From a virus (lineage: Duplodnaviria > Caudoviricetes), in the IMG/VR virus record IMGVR_UViG_3300029288_000077, positions 1 to 64,000 of that record: a DNA stretch of 64,000 bases. The stretch is one strand, 5' to 3'. How positions within the stretch are numbered: the stretch's first letter is position 1; each line of letters opens with the position of its first letter. Both the position numbers and the translations under genes were made by a program. Positions 32,761 to 44,385 of this stretch are shown piece by piece. The notes beneath the pieces were generated by a model. That model was not told the DNA's origin. It worked only from the letters and a program-made list of their open reading frames with translations, and did no database searches.

Positions 32761-33385
32761 ATAATACGTTATAACCCATAGTACAATAATGCAACTGGGA
32801 GGAAATATGCTATCCAGATTTGTAGCTGCATCAATAAAATGTTTGTCACAGGAAAAAGAGCAGGAATTTGATGTATCAAAGATGACTCTTGAAGAAATAC
32901 AGGAATTAATTGATAAGGGGGTTGGTTTAGAGCCTTCAGGCAAAAATAAGTTATATGTTGAATACGAGCAGGCCGGTAGTCCCGATAAACTAAGAATACA
33001 TATACCAGGCGGGTATTTTTGGGATGTAATACCACAGCCAGATGGAAGAATACAAATACAACCAATAGATGTTAAAATCATTTATCCAACTGACAAAAGA
33101 AAGGTGTACAAGGATTGGGACGATGCTTTGAAAGCGCTCCCTAAAGGCTGGTTGGTGTACAAAGAAGAAAAAGAGGAAGTACCGCAACAAAAATCTGCGT
33201 GGCTTAGACTTGCAATAAAGGTAATATCACAGATGAAAAATATAAAAACCCGCAAGATGGTGTTGTGTCCAAACTGCAAGACTATTCAAAGAGACAATGC
33301 CCCATGCCCAAACTGTAAATATCCTATAGGAAGTGGCCTTCCTACCGACAAAGAACGAAAAGGATCGAAGAACAAGGGGGCATGA

Positions 33386-33757
33386 ATGCTGTTTATAACC
33401 AAGGCTATAGCATTTTTCAAGTCTGCCGGATTGTGGATTGTCAATAACTTCAAATTGTTCATGATCATAGCTGGACTAGTGATTGTTACTATTTTGGTAT
33501 TGCTGTGGCGCAATAAAAGCAATAAGATTAAGCAATTGCAGGCAGAACTGTTTTTAGCGCAGTCTAAAATACAATTGGCCGATCTTGCCCGTAAGTATGC
33601 TGTGTCCATGGCGCAATTTATGAACTTGAGACAACAGGATGTTGTTTTAGACAAAAAACTGAATGAAATAGAGAAAGATTTAGCAGAAAAGGTTGATCCT
33701 GACATGACGGCAGAAGAAGTAGCAGCCAAATTTAGAGAAATGGGAGTCAGACCATGA
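33386..33757 (+). CDS. TM plus coiled-coil protein (inner-spanin-like)
   Basis: N-terminal TM, coiled coil; coupled to next gene by ATGA overlap. Confidence 0.4.
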   Translation: MLFITKAIAFFKSAGLWIVNNFKLFMIIAGLVIVTILVLLWRNKSNKIKQLQAELFLAQSKIQLADLARKYAVSMAQFMNLRQQDVVLDKKLNEIEKDLAEKVDPDMTAEEVAAKFREMGVRP

Positions 33758-34152
33758 AGCGCACCTTTTTCGTGTTGGTGCTGTTGGTATCTGCGCCATC
33801 TTATGCACAAGACGACATTCGAGTACAACAAATAGACGGAAAGAGTTTTGTGTGTTTCACAGAAGATGATGCCAAAGTGTTGTTGCAATTACGGTTAGAT
33901 TATCCTAAAATGAAAGAGAAAATACTTATCCTTGATGAACGAATAGAGTTAAAGAATAAAATGGTGATGTCACTTGAGGATGCCAATGAGTACCTAAACC
34001 AACAAAATGGGTTGCTTTTGAAAACCAACGCTGGATTGGAAGAAAAATTAGATTCTATGGATTCGTGGTATCGGTCTCCCATATTATGGAGCGTCGTGGG
34101 CGTTGTTATAGGTGTTGGCATCACTGTGGGGGTAATGTATGCAGTTAAATAA
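33754..34152 (+). CDS. signal peptide + coiled coil + C-terminal TM protein (spanin-like)
   Basis: MKRTFFVLVLLVSAPSYA signal; C-terminal hydrophobic helix. Confidence 0.4.
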   Translation: MKRTFFVLVLLVSAPSYAQDDIRVQQIDGKSFVCFTEDDAKVLLQLRLDYPKMKEKILILDERIELKNKMVMSLEDANEYLNQQNGLLLKTNAGLEEKLDSMDSWYRSPILWSVVGVVIGVGITVGVMYAVK

Positions 34153-34429
34153 GTACATCAAGTTGGCAGTTGGTGAATTAGAAGATAGAGTATCTGAGGA
34201 TGTGGCCAGAGAGGTTGGTGAAGCGATAGGGATTGATTGGGACGAAGTTGAATTTACACCCAAAGACCTGGCTGCTGGTATGATGGTAGAATTGGAGCAT
34301 GGATCCAAAGATGCTAATACGGACGTGACTGGTGATGATTTGGAGATGACTGCTAAGATAGCTTGGGCTCATCTAAAAGAATCTCCTAAATACTATAAAT
34401 TATTGGACAAGATGGAAAAAGATTTTTGA
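34139..34429 (+). CDS. DUF5661-like phage protein
   Basis: GM.VELEH...TAKIAWAHLKE.P.YY..L..ME. Confidence 0.7.
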   Translation: MQLNKYIKLAVGELEDRVSEDVAREVGEAIGIDWDEVEFTPKDLAAGMMVELEHGSKDANTDVTGDDLEMTAKIAWAHLKESPKYYKLLDKMEKDF

Positions 34430-34908
34430 CTCCTTCCTTTCTTGTAGTAGAATGGTTACATGGCTGTTATAGAAATAGAAACCGAGCCCGTTTCTGTCCC
34501 GGTGGATAAATACAGATTTGTGGTTTCTATTTTTGATACCATTAGAAGAATATACGAAATAACAATTCCTTCTTATCTATACAAGAATATTGAAGAAAAA
34601 ATAAAATCAAAACATTTTTACATGAAAGATTACAATACTATGAGACACAATCCTGAAGTATCCATAAAACTACTCAGAACTGAACAAGAAGTAGATTGTG
34701 TAAATGAAGGTAAGCCTACCCATAAAAATGTTTCAAAATACGTAACCCGAATACCAGCCATAATGAAAATATCTGATGAACTAGCAAAACGCGGTCAGAA
34801 TTTTGATGAGATCATGGATGTGTTGGTAAGTACCTTTGACGATGAGTCTATGAGAGACAAGCACTCTCCAATACCAGACATAGTTAGAATTTCTATTTCT
34901 GAGGAATC

Positions 34909-35565
34909 GTGATGTGGGGGATAGTTGTAATAAGCAATGATGTGTTTTGTGTGAGGTCTGTTCCTGCCCAAGAATCAATTATCAAAGCATTTATGAATAT
35001 CAATAAACTGTGTGAAGCTGGTATCAGAGACATAGTAGTATCGGTGAATTCATCGTTTGTTGGGGACGTGGTTCAGTATTTTGCCAACAGAAAAGACATA
35101 GATGCCAACTTGGTGTATGTGAGTTATGATGACAGCACAGACATGTTGTCTGGGGTACTTGCCTGTAAAAGTGTGGTTAAAGGGAATTTGTGTATTGTGG
35201 TAGCAAACAGGATCATAGATCATATTATACAAAACTATGTAAATAAATTTATGTCTATACACATTGAGAGTATGCCAATACTTGTAGAGTACAAGGCAGG
35301 AAGCCCAGCGGTGCTGGTTTCGGACGGTGGGAATACGGTTTCGTTTGAAGAAGACCCGTCAGAAGTGTGGGTGCAAGAAAAATGTAAGCATGTTGGATAC
35401 TCGGTGAAAGGGGTGTCTAATGTTCACTTTTTCTCAGAGGTGGTATTTGATTACATAAGAACAGCCAGATCAAGAGGATCTGTGTGTAAAACTATGTCTG
35501 ATTTATACAACTATTTGCGACTAATCGGGATCTCTGGGGTTGCTTTTGTGAATAAGGAGGAATAA
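34909..35565 (+). CDS. degenerate sugar-phosphate nucleotidyltransferase (RmlA-like)
   Basis: L.EAGIRDIVV...NLVY...pattern aligns by eye with RmlA; GxGTRL motif absent. Confidence 0.55.
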   Translation: MMWGIVVISNDVFCVRSVPAQESIIKAFMNINKLCEAGIRDIVVSVNSSFVGDVVQYFANRKDIDANLVYVSYDDSTDMLSGVLACKSVVKGNLCIVVANRIIDHIIQNYVNKFMSIHIESMPILVEYKAGSPAVLVSDGGNTVSFEEDPSEVWVQEKCKHVGYSVKGVSNVHFFSEVVFDYIRTARSRGSVCKTMSDLYNYLRLIGISGVAFVNKEE

Positions 35566-35957
35566 ATGTCTGCTAAATATGAACATACAGAACAACTAGT
35601 GCAAGCACAAGCAGAGAAACTGAAGGAGTTTGATTCTACCATTAAATCTCTAAAAGATACTATTAGGGACAGGGACGATGAAATATCTACAACATATAGA
35701 ATTAATAAGGCTTTAGAAACAGAAAATGATAATCTTAGGGACCGGAATGAGGAATTAGAAAGCAAGATGCGCGAATTAAAAGGTGAGTTGAAGAGACAAG
35801 AAGTTGGGTCGTCGATTGATGAATATTCAATCATAGGCAGAGAGTTGGTAGAATTTTTGCTGAGCAGAAACAACGGACAGTGGTGGGTTAAGTCTCCAGT
35901 AGAAGTGGTTAGGTCCTTGATGGTGGAGTGGGACTCAGTTCGCGAAAACAATGATCC

Positions 35958-36449
35958 GTGTATGTTCACGTGAGGTGTAAAATGGGTGTACATGTGCTTG
36001 AAACGCTGTTGAGAAAAAAGCCCAATTCTGTACAAAATGGGAATTCTGTACAAAATAAAAGACATGCACCGGCAGAGGCCATAGTCATACGCGACCGATC
36101 TAAGGAATTAAAAGTGGAACAAGCAAAAGTAGAGTCTCAAGAACAAGAGAAAAAAGAGCAACAATCGCCCTCTTTAGATGTGGTTAGAAAGTCTATGGAA
36201 GAAATCAAAATGCTCACCTTTTCCTATGAGTCGCATGGTGACAAGAAAATTCGTAAGGTTGAACCTTACAAGCTTATGAGGAACAACAAAGGTGAGATCA
36301 TTTTGTACGCATACTGTGTGGAATCGAATGGAATACGCGCTTTCAAAATAGACAAGATCGTGGAGTGTGCTGCTGTTGAAGAAACGTTTATGCCTAGGTG
36401 GCCGGTTGAAAATCAATTAGATCCAAAACCAGATCCAGACAAGAAATAA
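35958..36449 (+). CDS. WYL domain protein
   Basis: LTFSY......RKVEPYKL......LYAYC.....RAFKIDKI. Confidence 0.8.
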   Translation: MYVHVRCKMGVHVLETLLRKKPNSVQNGNSVQNKRHAPAEAIVIRDRSKELKVEQAKVESQEQEKKEQQSPSLDVVRKSMEEIKMLTFSYESHGDKKIRKVEPYKLMRNNKGEIILYAYCVESNGIRAFKIDKIVECAAVEETFMPRWPVENQLDPKPDPDKK

Positions 36450-36453
36450 TATA

Positions 36454-36481
36454 TTTACTGGTGTGTGCACTGACGTATAAT
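36454..36481 (+). promoter_or_regulatory. promoter TTTACT-N16-TATAAT
   Basis: recurrent motif, intergenic. Confidence 0.6.
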
Positions 36482-37350
36482 TGTGGCGGAGGTACTTTCC
36501 GTGTCGTATGAAGGTTATACCCAGGCGTTGTGTAAAAATGGGCACCTTCATGTTTATGAATGCTACGATGATCCCACTTCATGTCCGCAGTGGATGGAAG
36601 AGAAAGACTTTGTGCCTTGGAAATGTCCGGATTGTGGAGCACCGCTAGCTTGGTGGAACACGGTTGACCAGACCAATTGTTGTACCAGCAAGTGTGACTA
36701 TGGTTTGACAGAGGCAGAGCAAGTGGTGTGCAGAGGTCATGGACACGGCTATGCAGATTTGGAAGTAATAGAGGAATATGTTTGCGTTTGTGAAAAGTGC
36801 GGGAACAAACACCGTAGCGAAGTAACCCGCTATAAGATTCCGGAGAACAAAGGGCACAGGCAGTGACAGTCTCTGAACTCATAGCGAATCTGTGCCAATA
36901 CGATTTAGACAAGGAAGTGCGTGTGTGCACTTTTTGGGTACAGGGATCACAACACTCAATGGGTGTGACTACGGACAAAGACGGTAACGTGGTGGTGTTT
37001 TCTCAAGAAAGAAGGAGCGAGGATGACCAAGGAAGAGCAGGCTAAGGTGATTGCCAACAAGCAATCTGGAGATCAATTTGATTCAGCTATGAAGCGCGCT
37101 GGCCTAGACAGCATGTTCCCTATTCAAAAGATGGTAGACGGTGAGTGGTGTAATGCTGATTGGTGCAATTTGAAATACGGGGACGTGTTCAGAGAAGTAG
37201 ACGCTTTTGGGAATCCTAAGTCTGTGGTAATGGTGTCTATCAAGGACGCCGAAAGAGTTGAAGACAAGAACGGTGAAGTGCATTGGTGTGTGTCTAGCCG
37301 CCCCCGCAACTGAGCTATTATCTTACATATACCTACACATTCAGAAACTA

Positions 37351-37378
37351 TTTACCTTTGCGGTAGTGGTGGTATAAT
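37351..37378 (+). promoter_or_regulatory. promoter TTTACC-N16-TATAAT (ORF 37385 would be leaderless)
   Basis: recurrent motif; ATG 6 nt after the -10. Confidence 0.6.
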
Positions 37379-37721
37379 GCTATTATGAAGCGATACCTAG
37401 TATACCCAGAAGGTTATTCACCAGAAATCGCGTCTGGGCCACCTACTCCCTTTCTTCTGGAAATTGGATGTAATTGGACTCCAGAGGACACAGAAAAGAT
37501 GAAGGAATTGGAGAAGGGTGCAGAGATTCACGATCATGTGATCTATGGTAGAGCCTGTCTTGAAATTACCTGTGGTATGTGCCAGCAACACGGTTACAAG
37601 TCAAGCCTTTGTGAAATGGACGAAAACGGAGAACCAGACGTGCCTAACTGCGGGGTTTGTTATTGTGACGAACACGAACCAGCTTGCGACAAGTTCAAGC
37701 TAAAGTACTAGGAGCTAAATC

Positions 37722-38447
37722 ATGTCTAATGCGTTTGAGAAGAAGGAAACCCACCCGTCTTACGGAACCGTGATGTTTGCTCGTCAAGAGATTGGTGGCA
37801 CGAACAACCCACATAGGCTGTTTGGTTCTTCTCTAAGGAATCATGCCAGGACTGTTATTCTTCGTATTTGCAAGGCGGACTTGTACCACGAATTGGGCAG
37901 GGACTGGGTTTTTGGACACGACGTTTTGGCGGAAGTTGAGTTGTCTGCGGCCCAATTCTCAGAACTGCTCACCACCATGAATGTAGGGTCTGGTGTTCCT
38001 TGCACCATCCGACACATGAACGGGATCGGTAAGCCGGAGGATCCCCCTTTCAATGAAGTGGAGATTGATAGGACCCACGACCACTTTAAGGAATCTCTCA
38101 AGGAGACTGTTGCTTTTATCGAGGAGAGTCAGCGGCAAATGGCCGCTATCCTGGAGAAGCCATCAATTGGTAAGGCAGACCGTCTGAAGCTTGCTGATGT
38201 CCTGGATAGAGTGCACATGAACATCACGAAGAACATGCCATTCTACTTGGACCAATTCAACCAGGCGGCGCAGCGCGTGGCGAATGCGGCTAAGGCCGAG
38301 GTTGATGCCTTTGTTACTGGAATGGCTATCAAGCTGGGCATCGCAGAGTTGAAGAAGCTTTCCATCGGTTTCGGTGAGGAGGATAAGAAGCAGTTGAATG
38401 CTCCAGATGGTGATGCATTTGGCCTCGAAGACGTAGGAGATAAGTAA
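37722..38447 (+). CDS. hypothetical phage protein
   Basis: 241 aa ORF with AGGAG RBS and biased codons. Confidence 0.5.
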   Translation: MSNAFEKKETHPSYGTVMFARQEIGGTNNPHRLFGSSLRNHARTVILRICKADLYHELGRDWVFGHDVLAEVELSAAQFSELLTTMNVGSGVPCTIRHMNGIGKPEDPPFNEVEIDRTHDHFKESLKETVAFIEESQRQMAAILEKPSIGKADRLKLADVLDRVHMNITKNMPFYLDQFNQAAQRVANAAKAEVDAFVTGMAIKLGIAELKKLSIGFGEEDKKQLNAPDGDAFGLEDVGDK

Positions 38448-41400
38448 GTGTTTAGGAATATTTGCACTGTAATTATGCTGGCCGCCATATATGCAAATGA
38501 TGTAGGCAGCCCGTCTAAACCACACGGGCTTACGGGATTTGGGAAGGTACTAACGAATGGACTAAGTATCAGTGAGTTCGCTGCGCTGATAAATGCTTAT
38601 GTGGGTAAGTAAAGGAGCATGTGCTGTGAGCCAGAAAGAACTTGAAACCAAATTGCAGGAATTGTGTCAGTACTACAGAAACCTTTCAGAAAACATGTTA
38701 AAGAATATTCATACAGTGTCTAACACGCATCTGGCAAAAGTGCTTTCCATGGTAGCTGTAAACATCGAAGATGTGCTGGAAGAAGTAAAAGAGAAGCAGT
38801 TGGATGCCACAGGTGAGGTGGTGTCTCAAGAGGAAATTAATGACATGACTGATGAAGAGTTGGCAGAATACATTAAGAATGGATAAATATGATGAAACCC
38901 TTTTACTCACACTACGATTGGCTTGACGATAATTTCTACCAATTCTTGATTAATTTAGGAATAGGGCATATATGTGCTCTAGCTAACACGAGTTTAATTG
39001 TAGCGCACGGGGACAAATGTTATCAATATAGTAAACGGTTTGAGCAGGCAGGGCTCCCTCTTGAGTACGGTGTTGCTATCTATCTGCTTACGCATATTAG
39101 TCCATGGAGCACGGAGTGCAGGGAAACGAAAAATGGTTGGGTTGATCCTTGTGAATGGGTGATCGCTAACAAGGACAGGTTTTTGAAACATTTGCCACCT
39201 GCAATGAAGAAGGAGCAGGATAGATGATTGACACTAGATTGGCGGCATTTCATGTAGATGAAAAAGACCGCATAGTGTTTTACGTTGAGGGGTGTTACCC
39301 CGAAGACGTGGGTGGGTATGAAAAGATCATGGAACTAACCACCAATGATGTGGTTCAACTCATCGGTGCTGGCATAACAGAAAATTCTCAAGACTGGATT
39401 AGTACGTATCACAATCTTGTAAAACTCTTCCCAAACAAAGGATATACAGCCATAAATGTTCACCTTGGAGAAGTTATAGCAATCTACAAAAGGGACTTTG
39501 ACTGGTTTCTTATCAAGATGAAGAGTAAGATTGAAATTAAAGACTTAGAAAAAAGGGTTAGGAAGATTGATTCTAAGGATCACCTTATTAAATAAGGAGC
39601 AGGTTAATGAACATGTTTAAGTTTCCTGTTCTAGGGGATCCTCCATTTACTTCACTGAGTAAGGATAAAGCAGTTGCTGAATTACATAATGCGGGAGTTG
39701 CACGAGAAAGGGTGGTAATTAGCTATAGTGAAGTATGTAAGGACAGCGAATTTACGCCATCGGGGTGTGCTTGTTGGAAAACTGTGTACTCTGTTAAAGC
39801 AAAGGTTAATGACTGGGAGTTTTATAGGGATTGGTGCTATTGGGTTGCGTCGGCAGAGAGGGGTGGCGGTCTTACTAAAAGTCAAGCAGAGGGCTTGAAT
39901 AAGTTGTACCGTAAAGAGATTAGAGCATACGGGTTTGCTGGTGGTACAGACATAGGAGGCGCTGATCATACCATGGTTCATCTGTATCATATTGATACTA
40001 CGCGTGGGTTAAAGGTGTTTGTAGATATATTGCAAAATAGAAAACGTGTGAGGATCTGACGTGAAAGATCTTTTGCTATGCAGATACCGCATAGATCACG
40101 GGTGTGGGTCAAGCTATGTGGTGGATGTTCCATTAGAAGAAGATGATGTAAAGTTCACGGATGACATAACATGCGCTACGTTGTATGAAAGAAACGATAT
40201 TCCGTTGTCTATGTGCGATGGAATTCTAGGCCCAGCAAAAGATACGTTTGTGACTTGTAGGGTCGTAAGAGAAAATGTAAAGTTGACTGTGGAGAACGAA
40301 GAAGAAATAATTGTATAAAGGGGCAATGAATATGAAATTTGTAACGCAATGTGTACTAACAGTAGAAGATACTAATCTTATGTGTAATGTTGTAACTTAC
40401 ACAGGTCATTGTAGCGCAGACAAACTTCATCAGACAATTTGTAACTACACGAAGCATGTACTTAGAGTAAATAAATCCTTTAACAGGTATACTCGTTTGT
40501 GTGCTGAACTGTTCTATACACTCAGAATGTGTATGTAGGATGTGGAGGAGTAAGTTATGGAATACTCTCGCAGAACGTCTGGAACTCACATGGGCGCTGT
40601 TCGACGTTGGATTCAGACTCGGTTTCATAACGGAGATACTGTCCATTGGAGTAGTCAAGAAAAGCTGTTTGGGGTAAGTGATTCTATTACCCCAGCCATC
40701 TTAGAGGAGGCGGCCCAAGTGGTGCACGACGCGATGTTGAAGGAATTTGCCAAGTTCCTTCGACAGCATACCGGGGTGTGCTCCCCTTCGGACAAATTCG
40801 TTCCTAATACCGATAGACCGCTTATGTGTAATAAATGCGGTATGCACAAAGACGTTCATGATCTGGTAGATGTTTTGAATGGTTTGGAAGGATCGGTTGA
40901 CGTGCTGTAGGAGGTAAGCAATGTCTAACCATGCAATTAGTGGCTTAATTGAGGCACTCAACATCTTCAAAAAGTATGCAATCAATGAGCATGGTGAGGA
41001 GAAATCCTATGTAACTAGCGCCGAGCATGATGTGATCTATGTGAATGTAGATCCTGAGAATGTGCGTGATGAAGATAAGAAGAGGTTAGAGGAGTTAGGT
41101 TGGAATCCTGATGAAGGGGTGGGATTCAGATACTACACATGAAGGGGGTTTGACATGGACAAGAATCCTGTGCGTAATTGGACCCCAAACCTTACAGCAG
41201 AGTTTGACTGCAACAGGCCGCTGCCAACCCTCACGCTACAGAGAATAGAAAAGTTTACTTACCAGTCAAGAGGCGTATGGCGTAGCTATGGAAAATAATG
41301 AAAAAGGCAGAAACAGGATTGAGGAAAGAACGGTACTGAAGTCATTTAAAATTAGGACCAGCCACTCTCATAGTGCCAAATGCCATTTGTTTTGTACATA

Positions 41401-43473
41401 CTTTGAAATTGTTAAAATACCCGTTGAGGATAGTGTGTCTGTGGGCATGAGGTGCGCTTTATTTAACACCCCTTTGTTGTATGGTAATTTCACAGGTAAA
41501 TTTGAGAACGAATTGGTGAGGATGTGTAGAAAAAAGGGGAAAGGCGTGCTACAACCATATAGATGCATTGAGTGCATTACAGCCGAAAAAGTGTGTAATA
41601 GTGCATCAGCACTGAGGAACTTGTGATATGTGTCAGCCAAAGTGTGTGGTTGAAAAGGATGAGATCAAGTTTATTGATATGACCCCGGATGATTTATTGC
41701 CAACCAGGATCTTAATAGCCTATCTCAGCAGCACTTATTCAACCTGGGAAACGGAAGGTCTAGATGACAGCCAAAAGAAGATGTATGACATATTGAATCA
41801 AGCACAACTGGAGAGACGAGACATACTGCGCAGCGCGATTGACCTGTTGCATACCTTCCCATTTGGTGTCAAGAAGTGACTATACTACAACTACAAGAGT
41901 TGCACGGTGCGTTACTTGAAGCGTGCATAACTATGAAGCGCGTGTTGTGTGGGGTGAAGTTCGAAGGTGTATTTCAAAATGAAGTATCCAGACCATTGGC
42001 TGCAGTAAGTAAACAATTGTTTGTAGTCAAGAAGCTGATAGAGGAAGCAAATAATGTTGGTGGTAAACAGCAATTTTGAAGAAGTAAAACTGTGTGACAC
42101 GTTTGAGTTGCTGTCAAACGATTTGTGCAGAGTATTTGTTTCCGGGGACACAATTGTTGTTAGGAAGAGAGATGGCATACATATGTTGGATATGTATGTG
42201 GGTGAAATCTTTGTGTGCGGTGTTCATATAAAGATGGTGTCAGGACCAATAGGCGAAACATATGTTGTTTTGTGGAAAGATGAGTGGCCCGATGAAAGTT
42301 TGTTGGGGTGTGTGCTATATAATGATGGTGACAACTTAGATGATCGGTATAAGACAGTGTTGAGGTTGTTGTTTGATGAAGTGAAAGGTGAGTGTGGTGA
42401 GTGCAATGAAACTGCCTGAAATTCTAATAGTATCGGTGCTTGCAGCTCTTGTTGTATTTACTTGTGCGAACATACCTAAGTATGCGCCGCCCGAAATGCC
42501 GAAACCTTCCGAGTGTGAGTTAGTGATTGACAGGATCACTAATTCGTTGAATGAGGCCCGGGACGCACTGAAGACTAGCATCAAAGGAAAGATAGTTCAT
42601 TTCGAAAATAGACTGCTTTCGGTCATGTGCTTGGAGAAGGAGCATGTGGCGGTACATGTCATGCTCGATGCAGTTATCAAGCTGGAAGGTGACAAGGCAC
42701 CACACGTGTGTATCTCTTCGCTGTTTATTATAGAAGGAGAATTTAGTAAAGATGGTGAATTGGACGCAAAATTGTTGGGCGTGTACCCCGGCGAAGAAAC
42801 GATTTGTGAGTACCAGGAAGAGTAGTCGTGCGGAAAAGCAAGGAATTTTATATTGCCAGGACCGCCTCTGTCCGTGAGTTGTATTTACTGGGGGTTGGCG
42901 TTCATCAGATAAAGAAATATCTGAATGTGCCTAATGGTACAAGTGTCAAGAATATGGTTAAGGATTTGGAATACGGATCAGATTTTGATTTGGACGCTGT
43001 TTGTTTATATATTCTTCATAGAGGTGATGTAGTAGAACTGTACTGTAATGAACACAAATCTATAGCGTTTATTGCAAATAAGTATAGTGTAAAAGGTGCT
43101 GTCATAAAGCAGGTGCTCAAAACTGTGGGCGTTGTTATTGACAACCGCAGGCGCATGAGCGAACTAGAAGAAAAGACGCTGTGCGCAGTAAAATTACTTG
43201 GATGGACACCATTTGGTGGTATGTGGTTAATGGGCGCAAACAAAATTAACTGGATAATTCATGAGCACGAAGAAAGAGTGAGCCGCAAAAGAGTAGGTAA
43301 AATAGAACAAAAGAAAATCGAGCAACCAATTAGACCTGAGCTAAGTAAGATCAAGGATGCGGCGCACCAAAATGTGGGTGTGTTTTTGAATGCGCGAGAG
43401 TGTCAAAGGCTGTACCTGATAAACTTGGATTACAGCAAAATATGACCACACATGACCATACGTTGTGGGTATA

Positions 43474-43501
43474 TTTACTCCCTGACGATTGATGGTATAA
43501 T
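43474..43501 (+). promoter_or_regulatory. promoter of the non-coding locus, TTTACT-N16-TATAAT
   Basis: -10 ends a few nt before first stem of structured region. Confidence 0.7.
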
Positions 43502-43905
43502 ACATTTGAAGATAGCAGAGATCATTGGAAATCGGCGGCACTAGAAAAAGCCAAGAAATGGAGGTTAAATATGGACTGGTCGAGTACAAAGCCCTGACCA
43601 AGCTTTGACGTACGGCAGAGCGAGGAAGGGATCTTCAAGCTTGTGTGGTGTGCTGGTCTGGCCAGGCTAACACAGGTGCGAGGAAGAGTATTGGACCGTG
43701 AAAGTACGCCCCCAGGGATGGGACGCCACCCTGGAGTCACGGTTTCCTTGAAATCCAAAATCTAAGAAAGATGGTGCTCCAATGCGCTAGTTTGATTTGA
43801 CACCAAACCGTTTGACATGTGAATGCTGAAAGACGAAAGTGTGATTGAGTATAACAAATTAATGGAGCGCAAATGCTGTGGCGGTATAAATCCGTAAGGC
43901 ACCAT

Positions 43906-44385
43906 GTTCTTTGAAAAGTAATGTTCTTCTAACCAGGTGCGTGTGGCGACCGAAGACTTTTGTTGTTTTCGGTTTTGTGCTAACAGGTATTTGGTTAGAG
44001 GAAAAGGAGGCTGGCTTACGTTGCCGGAAAACTGGCGGGCTAGCACGCTGTGTGGTGGTAGAAATCCACAAGCCTCCTTCGTTCTTTGAAAAGTAATGGC
44101 TGATGTGGTGGAAAACCGCCCCGCGATTGACTGTCGCACATCATTTGATCCTGGGAGGGCTTGATCACCCTCCCCGATAAAATGACTGGTGTGGGGTGCC
44201 TACGTGCTGGGCTCAAACCATCCAATAGTCAAGGAAAGCGAGCACGCGCATCAGCCAGTTCTTTGAAAAGCGGGTGTTGCGATCTTATGTTGATGTGCAC
44301 AGAGACATAAGACAGGCGACTTGCTACTGCCACGGTGGGATGCAAGTGTGGTTCAATTCCACGAACGCCCATTCTGTTCTTTGAA
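43906..44385 (+). repeat. four boxA-like direct repeats GTTCTTTGAA(AAGTAATG)
   Basis: copies at 43906-43923 and 44081-44098 (18/18 identical), 44258-44270, 44376-44385. Confidence 0.9.
44272..44371 (+). ncRNA. tRNA-like element (acceptor stem + T arm, no canonical D/anticodon arms)
   Basis: GGGTGTT/AACGCCC-A and TGTGG-TTCAATT-CCACG. Confidence 0.65.

Noticed and set aside
36024-36056. 15-bp tandem duplication (NSVQN twice)
   Set aside because: In-frame slippage in a linker; no wider pattern.
43826-43840. Hammerhead ribozyme core (CTGAAAGACGAAA)
   Set aside because: Does not match CTGANGA and the flanking stems are missing.
44272-44371. tmRNA or tRNA-Sec
   Set aside because: No G3-U70 pair or tag ORF within the ends; no TCA anticodon arm.
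43906-44385. CRISPR array
   Set aside because: Repeats are 10-18 nt and non-palindromic, spacers exceed 100 nt and are self-structured, and no cas genes are present.
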